DNA from: the human T2T-CHM13v2.0 reference genome, Homo sapiens
Assembly: GCF_009914755.1 (NCBI RefSeq)
Contig: NC_060934.1
Length of the DNA: 64,000 nucleotides
Direction: 5' to 3' (one strand)
Shown here: in pieces, positions 1 to 14,438 of the stretch
Layout of the letters: each line of letters opens with the position of its first letter
Position numbering within the stretch: the first letter of the stretch is position 1
The notes under the pieces: model-generated
The model's input: the letters and a program-made list of their open reading frames with translations, nothing else
Told to the model about the DNA's origin: nothing
Database searches by the model: none
Program-made: the position numbers and the translations under genes

Positions 1-545
1 AAGGCTTCTGGGACTTCTCCCAGTATGAAGTCAGAGATTCCAAATCCATTCTACCCACCTCTACTCTGTTACACCAGAAACTTGCTCACTGCACTCAAAT
101 TATATTGCTCTTTTTTCTCTCACTGAAGACCAGAAGATAGTGTGTGTCTCTGGTCTAGGGATGAATGAAGTAATCGGCCCTTGGTAGGTAGTCAGTAGAT
201 ACTTGTTGAATGAATGAACAGAAGTCATCATGGATATCCAGAAGGACCATATGGAATTGCAGAATTGGAATAACTCATTAGTGCACCAGTATCTCCCATT
301 CACTCACAAGGATTAATTTATCAGGTTAGCTGGTGGTCACCTGGTAGAGAGCAGAGGCCTTAAGCAGAAATTAAGCAGAAGGGAGGGACATTAGCTCTGG
401 CCTAAGTTAGACAGGTCCAGATGGCTCAACTTAGCAGGAACCATGGATGGCCGGGGCCAAGTGCCAGCAACCTGTGCCAGAGCATGGACAATCTCATTTC
501 ATCTCATCAGCTGTGTTTCCAATGGAATCTTTTTTTAAGAGGAAG

Positions 546-980
546 ACTGTCCAACAGAAATGCGATGCAAGCCGCAAATGCAAACCTCACATGTAATTTA
601 AAATTCCTTAGTATCTACATTAAAAAAGTAAAAAGAAATAAGTGAGCTCATTGTAGATACCATTCCTAATATAGATACTATCCCTTAGTATCTACATTAA
701 AACAGTAAAAAGAAGTGAATGAACTTAATTTAAAATGTATTTTATTTGATGTGAAACATTATTATTTGATGTAAAAAATTATCTTAACACGTGAAAAATA
801 TCGAAATATTATCTTAGCTCATGATCAATATCAACATTGTAATAGATCGTTTACATTCTTTGTTCTATTAAATCTCTGAAGCTCAGTGGTTATTTATACT
901 TACAGCACATCTCAGTTCAGACTAGCCACATTTCAAGACCTCAACAGCCACATGTGGCCAGTGGCTGCCACATCATACAG
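546..980. mobile_element. MER33/MER3-like hAT-Charlie element with small internal duplication
   Basis: CTGTCCAACAGAAA start; ...ACAGCACATCTCAGTTCAGACTAGCCACATTTCAAG...GCCACATGTGGCCAGTGGCT. CCTTAGTATCTACATTAAAA occurs twice. Confidence 0.75.
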
Positions 981-1383
981 AAGAGCTTTCAATCTGAATC
1001 TCTAGCAACATTGATTAACCTTCAACTCCTTTTTAGTCAAAAGAAAGTGAGCCACGGGATAGAACAAGCCAACGGTCCTAGAATAATCAGTAGTCAGAGA
1101 GTAGTGAGCTTTTTGCTGTTAGAATCTCTTTCCTGATAACAGATGAAGACAATAAACACCAGAAGAAGAATTTCTAGTCTTCTCTCAGTTCAATCTAACA
1201 CATAATTAGTGCACATCTGTACCTGGAGTCTCTTTTCCTGTTTGTTTGGTTTTTTAAATTGTTTTCTCCTCACACATACTATATTTTATGCCCTGTGGAC
1301 ATATAAGCATAAAAAATTGACAGGAACTGAGTGAGATGTGGAAAATTTCATAATTTATTCAATAACATTAAAATAAAAAGCCA

Positions 1384-1697
1384 GTCGGGCATGGCGGCTC
1401 ATGCCTGTAATCCTAGCCCTTCGGGAGGCTGAGGCGGGTAGATCACTTGAAGTCAGGAGTTTGAGACCAGCCTGGCCAACATGATGAAACCCCATCTCTA
1501 CTAAAAATAGAAAAAAAAAAATTAGCTGGGCATGGTGGCGAGCCCCTGTAGTCCCAGCTACTCTGGAGGCTGAGTCATGAGAATTGCTTAAACTTGAGAG
1601 GTGGAGGTTTCAGTGAGCCAAGATTGTACCACTGCACTCCAGCCTGGGCGACAGAGTGAGACTCCATCACTCTCGAAAACAAAAACAAAAAAAGAAA
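1384..1697 (+). mobile_element. Alu (S-type)
   Basis: Dimeric Alu with A-rich linker and tail. Confidence 0.95.
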
Positions 1698-1826
1698 ACA
1701 TTACCATGCCCCATCCCATATTAATACATAATCTCTAATTAAAAGGGAAACAGAGAATTTTGAATTACAGAAAATAAGGATTAAAAAGTCCAAAGAAAAA
1801 TCATTTCAACAAAAAAGCAGTGTACT

Positions 1827-2125
<299 letters not shown>

Positions 2126-2725
2126 TCACCATCCTTTTTTTTTTCGGTGAAATTTCATAAAACATATTTTTTTGGCAAATGTGTTCTCATACTTATGCTT
2201 CACATGTCCGTTTATATTTTCTTTGGCATGCTCCTGGGCTATCTTTGTGTAGCTATTTGGGCAAGAACACTTTGGCCATAGGTTGCAGATGGATTTTGTT
2301 CCTCTGATTTGTTGAATAAGCAGTTCCTGCCTCTTTGGAGCTGACAACTGACCAGGAACAAGCAGACTTAAGGCAACTCATCACAGTTAGGTCTTGCAAA
2401 GCACTTGGGCTCATTTTGCTAGCCCACTGCAGCCTGGAAGAAATTCAAGGTGACTGAGAGTTGGCTACTCCCTGCATTTCTCTAACAGGTTATAATAAAA
2501 GCAAGCTGTAGACTGAAATTTGTCCCAAACAGAGACATTTGTTAAACAAATGCTTATTAGCTTACAGGCCAAAAGTTTAGATAACTAATTTGAAAGTTTG
2601 ACAAAGGCCCAGTTTTCTGTCTGTTTAGGTATCCAAGTGTGTCCTTGCATGAAAAGACTACGCCAGATAAGAGCACATTCCATGGGTTGAATTCTACTGG
2701 CCTCAGGCAGCAAAAATCCATCTTG

Positions 2726-3023
2726 AGGCTGGGCACAGGGGCTCATGCCTGTAATCCCAGTACTTTGGGAGGCCGAGGCAGGTGGATCACCTGAGGTCAG
2801 GAGTTCAAGACCAGCCTGACCAATATGGTGAAACCCCGTCTCCACTAAAAATACAAAAATTAGCCAGGCATGGTGGCGGGCACATGTAGTCCCAGCTTCT
2901 CAGGCAGCTGAGGCAGGAGAATTGCTTGAACCCGGCAGGCGGAGGTTGCAATAGCCGAGATTGAGCCACTACCCTCCAGCCTTGGTGACAGAGCAAGACT
3001 CCGCCTCAAAAAAAAAAAAAAAA
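2726..3023 (+). mobile_element. Alu (S-type)
   Basis: Full length; TSD AAAATCCA(T/C)CTT. Confidence 0.95.
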
Positions 3024-3111
3024 ATCCACCTTAAACAAATGTCAGAAGCAAGACCAGTGGGGGGAAGCATCAGGACCATGTCTAAGAATAAAGGCTACAG
3101 GCTCTCTCATA

Positions 3112-3721
3112 TAGCCAGTCCTTGAACAACATGGTTTGTTCAATGTCCTTAGGCTATAACATTGATGAGAAAAAAATCAATTCTTGGCCAAGGTCACTGT
3201 CTATGTGGATTCTGCACTTTCTCTCCTTGTCTGTGTGAAATCTCCCCAGGTACTGAAATTTACTCCAAATCCCAAAGATGTGCAAGGTTAGGCAAACTGA
3301 TGTGTCAACTGGTCCAATCTAAGTGAGTGTGGGTGTGGCTGTGGGTGACTCCTGCAGTGGGATGGCATCCTGCCCAGGGCTGGGTCTTATCTGGCTCCGT
3401 AAGCTGCTGGGACAGGCTCTGGCCATCAGCAACCTTCAACTGGAATAAGTGCATAAATAATGATCATATTATTGTTATTCATCTCGTAAATGTCTATATA
3501 GCTCACAGTTATTTCAATGTTTTCATTTATTTCAATGTTTACTATTAGAAGTGTTTTGGTCTTTAGAAGTTTGGTGATGTTTTTGTGAACACAAACACAC
3601 TGTAGGAACTTAACTCTCATTTATATCAGTTAGCCAAAACAAATTGGTTTTGTTATACCTCGTTTCACTTAAAGTCACAGTTTCTGGAAATCTATGGACA
3701 CTGTTAAGTGAAGACTTACTG
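3112..3721 (+). mobile_element. MER6A-like TcMar-Tigger element
   Basis: Matches the remembered MER6A layout (TTGATGAGAAAAAAATC...CCCAAAGATGTGCAAGGTTAGG...GTTAAGTGAAGACTTACTG); TA-flanked. Confidence 0.8.
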
Positions 3722-4010
3722 TAGAAGGGTGAGAAGTGTTTCTAAAATATTTTCTCCTGTCTATACATCTTGACTTCCTTTAATTTCACTAATGAGGGCT
3801 TATCGCTGGAATTCAACGTATCAGTCAACAATCCATTGTTTTCAAGCTAAAAAACCCTATTTCCAGTATTTATAAGCTAATTGAAAGGTTGGAGGGTTGA
3901 TCAAGAATAGATAATAGGAACACTTATCATGGCTGCCTTCGGGCTTGGCTTTCTTCTGTTCGCGGATGGCAACAAGGCCTAGGTGGCAATCCTTAAACTA
4001 ATAGGAATTA

Positions 4011-4370
<360 letters not shown>

Positions 4371-4472
4371 CTACAGACAGAGCCCTGTATTAGGAATAGG
4401 AGGATAGGGTCCTATGGGGAAGCCGAACAAAGGGATAGACTCTAGTCAAGACAGTAACAGAATTCCTCTCTG

Positions 4473-4552
4473 GGCCAGGTGCAGTGGCTCATGCCCAGCA
4501 CTTTGGGAGGCAGAGGCAGGTGGATCACTTGAGCTCTCTCTCGAGTTCGAGA
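4473..4552 (+). mobile_element. 3'-truncated tailless Alu left-arm fragment
   Basis: Alu 5' end up to B-box GAGTTCGAGA, flanked by direct repeat AGAATTCCTCTCTG. Confidence 0.85.
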
Positions 4553-4588
4553 ATTCCTCTCTGAAGTGACATTTAAACTAAGACCCGA

Positions 4589-4897
4589 GGCCAGGTGCAG
4601 TGTCTCATGCCTATGATCCCAACACTTTGGGAGGCCCAGTCAGAAAGATTGCTTGAGGCCAGGAGTTTGAGACTAGCCTGGGCAATGTAGCAAGACCCTC
4701 ATCTCTACCAAAAAATTAAAAATTAGCTGGTCATCGTGGCACACGCCTTTAGTCCCAGGTACTTGGGAGGCTGGGATGAGAGGATGGCTTGGGCCCAGGA
4801 GTTCAAGGCTGCAGTGAGCTGAGATCATCCCACTGCACTCCAGCTGGGCAACAGAGCCAGACCCTATCTCTAAAAAATAAAAAATAAAAAAAAAAAA
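4589..4897 (+). mobile_element. AluJ
   Basis: GCCCAGGAGTTCAAGGCTGCAGTGAGC diagnostic; TSD TAAACTAAGAC. Confidence 0.92.
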
Positions 4898-5839
4898 GAT
4901 AAACTAAGACTTGAAGGATGAGTAAGAATTAACCACAGGATGGAGGAAGGTATATTTGGGGTGAAGCAGGCTGGGAGTCTAGAGACAGGACAGGGTGATT
5001 AAATGGCCATAGGGCATGAGGCAGGAAGAGCCATGGGGTGCCCTGGTTTCAGAGAAAAGAGCCTCAGCCACTCCTTTCCTCTGTTAATGTCTTTGTCATT
5101 TGTTTCCTCTAGGACCTTTTTGTCTGCAAAAAGAGGCCTTAAGTATCCCAGAAGCCTGGGTTTCATTTCAGGGGCCCAGCAATCTCTGCCCATTACTTAT
5201 GACAATGAACTTAGACTGCATTATCAAGGGGGAAAGTAATTTCTGAAATACATTATATCATTAAAGTGATTATATCATTGAAGTGCTCCTGTGGTGCTTT
5301 TAAAATTCTCATTCACCACGTCTCTTACTTTCAAAAATGATACCTATAGTTATTAGAAGAAAATACACCTTTGAAACTGAAATCTTTTGCACAGAAAAAT
5401 GCTTCTGAATCTGATATTTCTTTTCCTTAAAATATTCAGCCCAGTGATCATTTTTTCATCACGTGGGATAAGGGGTACGTGGGGAGGAGGGTCTGTAATT
5501 ATCTGGAAGACAGAATTGCCTCCTATTTAGGCCAAAGGGAGCTGGACCTACACAATGGGAAGAAATTGCTCCTTAGCTTCTCAGATCAATGGTCAGATGT
5601 TGGAAATGCCTTTTGTTGTACCAAAGAAACAACCTACTGGAGAGTTTATGATCTGGTAGTTCAATAGTCAGTCGTATATCTTTTATTTTGTTTTCCAAAT
5701 CAATAAACACATGGGGACAGATTGGAATCAATATACCAATTATGACACTTTAAGAATACTAGTGGCCTCTCTTGAAATGGCCTGTCTTGCTCAATGAGGG
5801 GCCTGAATACAAAGCCGCTCCTGAAGAGCAAGAAAGAAT

Positions 5840-5986
5840 TTGCTTGTTAAACACATGCTACTGGGCCTCCCCTCCCAGAGCTTCTGATTCAGTAGGACTG
5901 GGCTGGGGCCTAAGAATCTGCATTTCTCACAAGCTCCCAGGTGATGTGGCTACTGCTGGTCTAAGACCATACTTTGAGAAATACTG
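5840..5986. mobile_element. MER5A-like fragment
   Basis: TTCTGATTCAGTAGG...AGAATCTGCATTTCTCACAAGCTCCCAGGTGATG...ACTTTGAGAA. Confidence 0.8.
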
Positions 5987-5987
5987 A

Positions 5988-6245
5988 TGAAGAAAAGCAG
6001 AAAGAAGGAAGGGAAGAAGGAGTGAGGAAGGGACAGAGGAAGGGGAGAGGGAGGGAAGGAGGGAGGAAGGAAGGAAGGAAGAAGGGAAAAAGGGAGGGAG
6101 GAAAGAAGGAAGAAAAAAGGGAGAGAGGGAGAGAAGGAGAGAGGAAATGAAAGAGGGAGAGAGGAAGAAAGGAAGGAAGGAAGAAAGGGAGGAAGAGAGG
6201 GTGGAAGAGAGGGAAGGAGGGAGAAAAGGGAGGAAAGAAGGAAGT
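5988..6245 (+). repeat. GA-rich low-complexity / GGAA repeat
   Basis: Almost pure purine tract. Confidence 0.95.
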
Positions 6246-6814
6246 GTTATAGAACCAACAGGTTTGTATGCCTGCTGTGCAGTCAGAGACCATTATGCTG
6301 AGACAGCAAGGTTTGCAACAGAGAAAAAGTTTGATGATCACAGGGCACCGTTGACAAGATGGGAAGAGACCCTCAAATCTGTCTCCCCCAGGAGTTCTGG
6401 GCTGGAGATCATGGAGGGTGAGGGGCTGGAAAACTGGAGTTGTTGATTGGTCAGGGTAAGAGAGGGTGAAATCATCAGGAAGTGAAACTGCATTCTTCAG
6501 TGAGTCAGCTTCTGGTAGGTTCCTTCAGACCACCTGACCTCAGTAGCTTCACTGGTGCCCAGGACCTGAAAGAATATCTCAAATGTAAAATGTAACATTT
6601 TGTAATGTTCAAGTTGTTATTTGTAGAGCAGTTAAGGGGATATGTAACAGGTTCCGTGTGATTCTGGGGCAATAGGCAGCAAACCACTATGAGGAAGGGT
6701 CAGAGAGCAGCTGACCCCCGGACTAATGCTGAGTGTGTGCAAGCCTGCTGTATTTTTGTTTCTCTCCCTCCCTTCTTCCCTGATTAATTTTGTAAAGTTT
6801 ATAGCGATGGTTTT
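6246..6814 (-). mobile_element. Solo ERV1 LTR, LTR26-like
   Basis: Reverse strand starts AAACCATCGCTATAAACTTTACAAAATTAATCAGGGAAGAAGGGAGGG and ends GTTGGTTCTATAACA. Confidence 0.75.
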
Positions 6815-7005
6815 GGAAGGAAGGAAGGAAGGAAGGAAGGAAGGTTGGTTTTGGAAGGAAGGAAGGAAAGAAGGAGGGAAGGAGGGAGGGAGAGAAGGAG
6901 GGAAGGAGGGAAGGAAGGAGAGAAGGAGGGAAGGAAGGAGGGAAGGAGAGAAGGAAGGAAGGAAGGAAGGGAGGAAGGGAGGGAGCAAGGGAGGGAGGGA
7001 GGGAA
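6815..7005 (+). repeat. (GGAA)n/(GGGA)n microsatellite
   Basis: Direct reading. Confidence 0.95.
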
Positions 7006-7274
7006 CAGCTCAAACAAACAACCCCAGATGCATCAAATAGTAGACCCTTTTTTTCCTGTGATGATTCTTTGTTTTTGGCTCACTAACCATGGGGTCTCCA
7101 TAGGCAGATGATGAGCAAAATGCTGTTGGTGGTGGGGTTGGTGGCTCAGAGATGGACGTTCAGAGCCCCGTGCCAAGTCTCTGTGATGGCAACAGAGCTC
7201 ACAGGTGGGGTGGACAGTGAAAACAAAGCTGAGAAAAAAGGCAGGTGAGCCAACAGGTGGAGGGGATACCTCAG

Positions 7275-7430
7275 AGCTCCAGAATGCAAATGAATTGTCT
7301 AGGTATCTTATGAAAATGCAGACCCATTAGGGCTGAGGTGGGGTCTGAGAGTTAGAATTCGTAACAAGCTCCCAGGTGCCATTGATGCTGTTGGTCACCA
7401 GACCACACTTGGAGTAAGAAGGGTCTAGAG
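7275..7430. mobile_element. MER5-family fragment
   Basis: AACAAGCTCCCAGGTG...GATGCTGTTGGTC...ACCACACTTGGAGTA. Confidence 0.65.
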
Positions 7431-7996
7431 GCCACAGGTGAGAGGTCTTGGCGTTAAACACAGGGTGTCTGTAGCAAGAGACTTGGAAACAGTCATTGCC
7501 ATCCTCAGCCCAGAGACCTCACGGACTCCACACATCACAGAGCATGGGGGTTCCCAGACCTAGGGGAGAAAAGGTCTTGTGAACAGTAAGTTAATCCACC
7601 CAGAGGCAGAAGCTTGAGTGAGAAAAGAGGGTAGATCCCATCAACTCACAATTAACTCAGAGTGATTTTAGACAAATCTTTATTTACTCAATTTCCTTAT
7701 TGAAAAATTGGAGAAATCTGCTTGAAATGGGATAATGCTTGCGAGCGCTTTTAAAAGTCCAAGCAAGGAATTCTTGTCTTTGAAGTGACTTCACTCCTCT
7801 AAGGGCTGAAACAGCAAAATCAAAGAATCCTAAGTCAGGAGCATCTTAAGAACCCCAAGACCAGGAATTCCTACTTGGGCTGGTCATTTGAATCATCTGG
7901 AATAATTTAATAAAAACACAAGTCCCAAGGCCTAATCCCCAGAGAATCTATATTTATTAATATAGATTAATTTACTAGTCTATAAATCTATATTTA

Positions 7997-8170
<174 letters not shown>

Positions 8171-8314
8171 TTAAGCCCTATTTCAACACCGTATTTCAAG
8201 GCCTCTCAACCTCATTCCCAGGCATCAGCAGTACCAGCTTCCACTGTTCTCTCACCTCCTGGCTCTCTCTGTTGCTCTCTTCCATCCAGTCTGACTCATA
8301 TACATATGTATTTT

Positions 8315-8990
8315 TAGTTAACTTTTTAAACGAGCCAATATTGATACATGATTATTAAAGCCTCATAGTTTACATCAGTGCTCACTCTTTGTGTAGCACA
8401 TTCTATGGGTTTTGACAAATGCATAATGACGTGTGTCCACCATTATGGTATCATATAGAGTAGTTTTACTGTCCCCCCCAGTTTTTTGTGCTCTACTTCC
8501 GTCTCCATCTTTCCTCCAGCTCCAACCCCAACCCCTGGCAACTACTGGTATTTTTACTGTCTCCACAGTTTTGTCTTCTTCAGAATGTCATATAGTTAGG
8601 AGAGTCGTCCAGTACATTCATATTAAAGTGCTTTTGAGATCTGCTTCTTTCACTTAGCAGTATACTTTTAAGGTTCCTCCAGGTCTTTGCATGGCTTGAT
8701 AACTCATTTATTTTTATTGCTGAATAACCCATTGTCTGGATGTAGCACAGTTTGCTCATCCATTCATCTATTGAAGGGTATCTTGGTTGCTTCTGTGTTT
8801 TGACAATTAGGAATTCATGTGCGTACTTTTGTGAGGACGTGAGTTTTCAACTCATCTAGATAAATACGAAGGAATGCAATTGCCAGATTGTATGGTAAAA
8901 TTATGTTTAGTTTTGTAAGAAAACACTGAATTATCTTCCAAAGAGGCTGATCATTGTATTTTTCCACCAGCAATTAAGAAGTCCTGTTGC
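8315..8990 (-). mobile_element. Old L1 (L1MC/MB-type) 3' fragment
   Basis: CCCCTGGCAACTACTGG...CAGAATGTCATATAGTTAGGA...CTTTCACTTAGCA...CATTCATCTATTGAAGG. Confidence 0.8.
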
Positions 8991-8994
8991 TTGA

Positions 8995-9329
<335 letters not shown>

Positions 9330-9406
9330 TGACTCATATATTTTAAATTTACTTTGATCTAGTCAATCACTTGTTTGGAAACCTTCCATGGATATTTGCT
9401 ACTTCA

Positions 9407-9747
<341 letters not shown>

Positions 9748-9979
9748 ACTGGTGTGCTGGGGACAGATCTCAGCAAAACTGCTTGTTCTCAATATATTTC
9801 TGGCAATTCTCTCCTTCTGTAACCCAGGCTCCGAAATCCTCCCATTAATCCAATGAGCTGTTCTACAACTCTTTGAGAAAGCCTGCCCTGGAAGATTCTG
9901 TGCCGTTCTACTTTCCACCTTCCCTCACATTGCTTAATAGCTTTTTGTTTACCTAATTCTATCCATCTTGCAAGACAAT

Positions 9980-10455
9980 CTTTTTTTTTAATTTATTTTT
10001 TATTTCAATCGGTTTTTAGGGAGCAGGTGGTGTTTGATTACATGAATAATCTTTAGTGGTGATTTCTGAGATTTTGGTCCACCCATCACCTGAACAATGT
10101 ACACTGTACCCATTGTGTAGTCTTTTATCCCTCGCCCCCTCCCACCTTTCCCCTGAGTCCCCGAAAGTCCAATGTATCATTCTTATGCCTTTGCATCCTC
10201 ATAGCTTAGCTCCCACTTATGAGTGAGAACATATAATGTTTGGTTTTCCATTCCTGAGTTACTTCACTTAGAATAATGGTCTCTAATTCCATCCAGGTTG
10301 TTGCGAATGCCATTATTTGGTTCTTTTTTATGGCTGAGTAGTATTCCATGGTATATATATACATATATCTCACATTTTCTTTATCCACTCATTGACTGAT
10401 GGGCTTTTGGGCTGGTTCCAGATTTTTGCAATTGCAAATTGTGCTGCTACAAATA
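9980..10455 (-). mobile_element. 5'-truncated L1PB-type 3' end
   Basis: ORF2 C-terminal remnant (YTMEYYSAIKKN...WMELETIILSEVTQEWK); TSD TTGCAAGACAA on both sides. Confidence 0.88.
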
Positions 10456-11962
10456 TTGCAAGACAAATCTAAAGTGCATTTTCTCTGAGATTTTCCCTAA
10501 TCGTCTTCTCTTCTGTCCATGCAGAATTGACTGCTGGTATCTCCTGCCACATTTCTGATCCCCTGTTAAAAATTTTTATGGGCAGCTAGACTGTTAAGCT
10601 CCTTGACAACAGGGTATTGACGGCACATGCCTTCGTTTCTCAGAATACGGCCTTGCACAGGCAAGTCAAAACTCAAGTAATAGATTTCCCACAAGTATGT
10701 GCAAAAGATAAACATTTGAGAGAGAGTTATTTATCTCAAAGGGAGTTACTCTGATGGTCCTCTCTGAGGAATGACATCAATGCTAGTTCACACTTCCCAC
10801 CCCCAAAGGCTTCTGGAAAATTTTAGCATGATTTGAGTGAGTCCGAAGTTCCTTTTCAGCTTGATTATACCTATTAAGAACTGATCATTTTGTTTTGAAA
10901 ATCAGTTGTTTTCTCACTGTACTCAATACATTTTCTTTGGTTAGAAATAGAAGAAAAAATAAGGGAACAAAGATTTTCATTCTTTATGCACAATATATTT
11001 TATATGATTAAAAAGTATGCATGGAAAGGAAAACAGTGAAGAACTTCAATACATTGAGATATTCCCTTAAGGAGTTCAAAGTACTTTCTAAATAGAAATG
11101 TCATAAATACCTACAACATATACATCTATGCAAGAACTATTATCATCTTTATTTTCTAAAGTCTAGAGTTAAAACCATATTTCCAGATATCCCAGAAGGA
11201 CTCACGTTAGAATCCAAGACTCACTCCAAATCCCATGACTTTGGGGCTTAACACCAGGGGTTTGATACTTAAACATGAACAGTAGGAGCAGGCTCTGGCC
11301 ATGGTGGAAGACACAGCTGTAGTGATGGAGGAGAAATCACACGTAGAAACATTTATTCAACCTCTTATCAGAAAGAGACTCACACTATGGCTCTTTGCTC
11401 ATCCCCAATAACAGAGTCTTCCTTTTGGGTGTAAATCTTTGCTTTTGTCCATGGACAAAGGTAAAAACTCCTGGAGAACAAATAAAAAACATCGGTTATG
11501 CAGAACTCATTATGTATAAGCCGATTAGAAACTTTACTAAGGGTGGTTTTCTAAAGGGTAAGGAAATGGAATTTGAGAGCAGGGAAACATAGAGGGGAAA
11601 GACAGAAGGAAAAAGAGGCCAGGAAGAGGGAAGGCAAAACTCCTGCTTCATAACGGTGCCAGCCCTTACTCTGTAATATCCTTAATCACAGACCAGACAG
11701 GTCTGGGGATGCTGAAAGTGGATCTGGAGAGGATAGGAGCCTGGGTCTTCAGATATGTCATAGAATTCCTCTGGGTCAGGTGACTGCATCCCAAAGCCAG
11801 ATTGAAGACATTTGGGATTATTTCTCTGCTTTATACAGCAGAGAAGGTGACCTTTTAAAATGTACTGTTTAAAAAGATTACATCAGTAACATACGTAGAG
11901 ATAAAATATTACGTACCTCCCCTTTAGATATATGCGTGTATATTTATGAAGACACATATACA

Positions 11963-12273
11963 TTTTTCTTTTCTTTTTCTTTTTTAAGACAGGGTCTTGC
12001 TCTGTCACCCATGCTGGAGTGCAGTGTTGCAATCATAGCTCATGGCAGCTTCGAACTCCTGGGCTCAAGTGATCCTTCCACCTTAGCCTCCTGATTAGTT
12101 GGGACCACAGGTGTGTGCCACCATGCCTGGCTAATGCTTTTTAAAACAAATTTTTTAAAGAAGGGGTCTTGGTATGTTGCCCAGGCTGGTCTCTAACTTC
12201 TGGGTTCAAGTAATCCTTTTGCCTTGGATTCCCAAAGTGCTAGCATTATAGGTGTGAGCTACTGCACCCGGCC
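11963..12273 (-). mobile_element. AluJ
   Basis: Reverse Alu. Confidence 0.93.
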
Positions 12274-12324
12274 ATTTTTCCTTTTCTTGATTTTCATAGA
12301 TGGGATGGTACTATGTGTATGTTA

Positions 12325-12580
12325 GTGGCTAACATTTTGAGGAGTGCTTACATGGCACCACGTACTGTTATAAGTCCTTTACATGCAGTATCTCATTTTA
12401 GTCTCACGATAACCCTACTAGGCACTATTTGTATCCCCATTTTACAGATAGGAAACTGAGGCACACATAGGTTAATTGGCTTGTCCAATTTCACATAGCT
12501 GGGAGGTGGCAGAGCTAGGGTTTGAGCCCCAGTGGTCTGGTCATAAACTCTTGCTTGTAACCACTAAGTCAGACTCTTTC
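12325..12580 (-). mobile_element. MIR
   Basis: Core CCCCATTTTACAGATAGGAAACTGAGGCAC. Confidence 0.88.
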
Positions 12581-12711
12581 TGGTGTTGACTCTATACCTT
12601 AATTTTTATTTTTCATTAAAAGATGTATTTTCTGGATGTATTTCCATGTTAGTTCATCTTATCTTTTTAGTGTCTGCATAATGCATATAATTTCATTCTG
12701 TTATGCTCTAT

Positions 12712-13157
12712 GTTTTATTTTATTTTATTTTATTTTATTTTTGAGATGGAGTCTCTCTCTGTCCCCCAGGCTGGCGTGCAGCGGCAAGATCTCGACTCAC
12801 AGCAACCTCTGCCTTCCGAGTAGCTGGGATTACAGGCATGCGCCACCACGCCCAGCTAAGGTTTTTTTTTTTTTTTTTAAGGTGGAGTCTCGCTCTGTTG
12901 CCCAGGCTGGAGTGCAGTGGCATGAACTTGGCTCACTGCAAACTCCGCCTCCTGGGTTCAACTGATTCTTCTGCCTCAGCCTCCCCAGTAGCTGGGACTA
13001 CAAGTGCACACCACCATGCCCAGCTAATTATTGTATTTTTAGTAGACACAGGGTTTCACTGTGTTGACCAGGCTGGTCTCGAACTCCTGACCTCGTGATC
13101 CACCCGCCTCGGCATCCCAAAGTGCTGGGATTACAGGCGTGAGCCACCGCGCCCGGC
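12712..13157 (-). mobile_element. Compound Alu (partial right arm plus full Alu)
   Basis: Two reverse Alu segments joined by a T run at ~12862. Confidence 0.9.
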
Positions 13158-14438
13158 TTCTGTTTTATGTAATGATTTCCTATTGATGTTTAGATTGTCA
13201 GCTTTTTTGTTATTGTTGCTCTTACTGCTGCAATAAGCCTCCTCCATCCTCATATAAGGATCTCCGTGCACACATACAGACGCCTGGAACTGTAATTGTC
13301 GAATGAGGAGACATGCACCTGAAAAACTGTGACTGATAAGTGCCAAATTGTCCTCCAATTTTCACTCTCACCAGCTGTGTATGAAAGTGTCCATCTCCCC
13401 CAGAAATAACTCTGGATATGAAAAAGTGTACAATTGTTGGTGAGCAGAGCGAGTTTAAGTGATCAGCAGGCGTTTCCTGCTTCCCACTGGGAAGGAGTAG
13501 AGGAGGTGGTTGTGAGGAGTTACCAAAGTTACAAAAGACCCTGCGCTTCAACTTGTAGATACACACCCTCCACCCCTTGCTTCTGCACCTTGTGTCACCC
13601 GACTGCACGCCACTTGCACGGAGAATGATTTGGTGGAACATTTTTTTTACCCCTATGAATTTGCTTAATGGATTGATTCTTTAAAATGAGGTGCTACATA
13701 CTCACAGTAAAGTACATAAAGTGCCCTCTGCTTAAGCGTACAGCTTGATGGGTTTTGCTACGTCCATGCTCCATAACCACCACATCTCCACACGGGACAT
13801 TCCCAGCATCTTGGAAGCCCTCCACACTCACCACTGCCTCTCCAAATGTGACCACCACCTAAACTTCTATTGTTATAGATTCACTTTGCTTGTTTTTGAA
13901 CTTTATATAAATGGAATAGTAAAATTGTTACTCTTCTGGTGTCTGTTTTTCTTTTTTCCACTCAATATTATTTTTGGGATTTATCCTTCCTGTTGTAGGA
14001 CATAGTAGCTTATTCATTTTCATTGTTGTGTATATTTCACTGCATGGATATCCCATCATTTAGTTATCCATTTGCACTGTTTCCAGTTTAGGGCTATTCT
14101 TGCATATGTCTTTTGGTGAACACATTGCGTATATACTGAAGAATAGAATTACTGGATCCTAGGATTCACATAAGTTCAGTTTTAATAGATACTTGCAACC
14201 AGTTTTCCAAAGTGATTGTACCAATTTATACTGCTACAACCATAACTAAGAAAATGAAATGGCAAGCCATAAAATGGGAGAAGATACTTGCAATATATTT
14301 CCTAACAAAGGATTCACATCTAAAATATATAAAGAATTCCTACAAATCAATAAGGAAAAGGCAGACGACCCAAAAGAATCATTCAAAAGTCTTGAATAGG
14401 CAGTGGAAGTAGTTCCCATTGCCTCACAACCCACCGGT

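Noticed and set aside
5479-5667. Faint resemblance of YLEDRI... to CR1 reverse transcriptase
   Set aside because: Too short and degenerate to support.
5961-7111. PSFL-rich and EGRK-rich ORFs
   Set aside because: Translations of GGAA/GGGA microsatellites.
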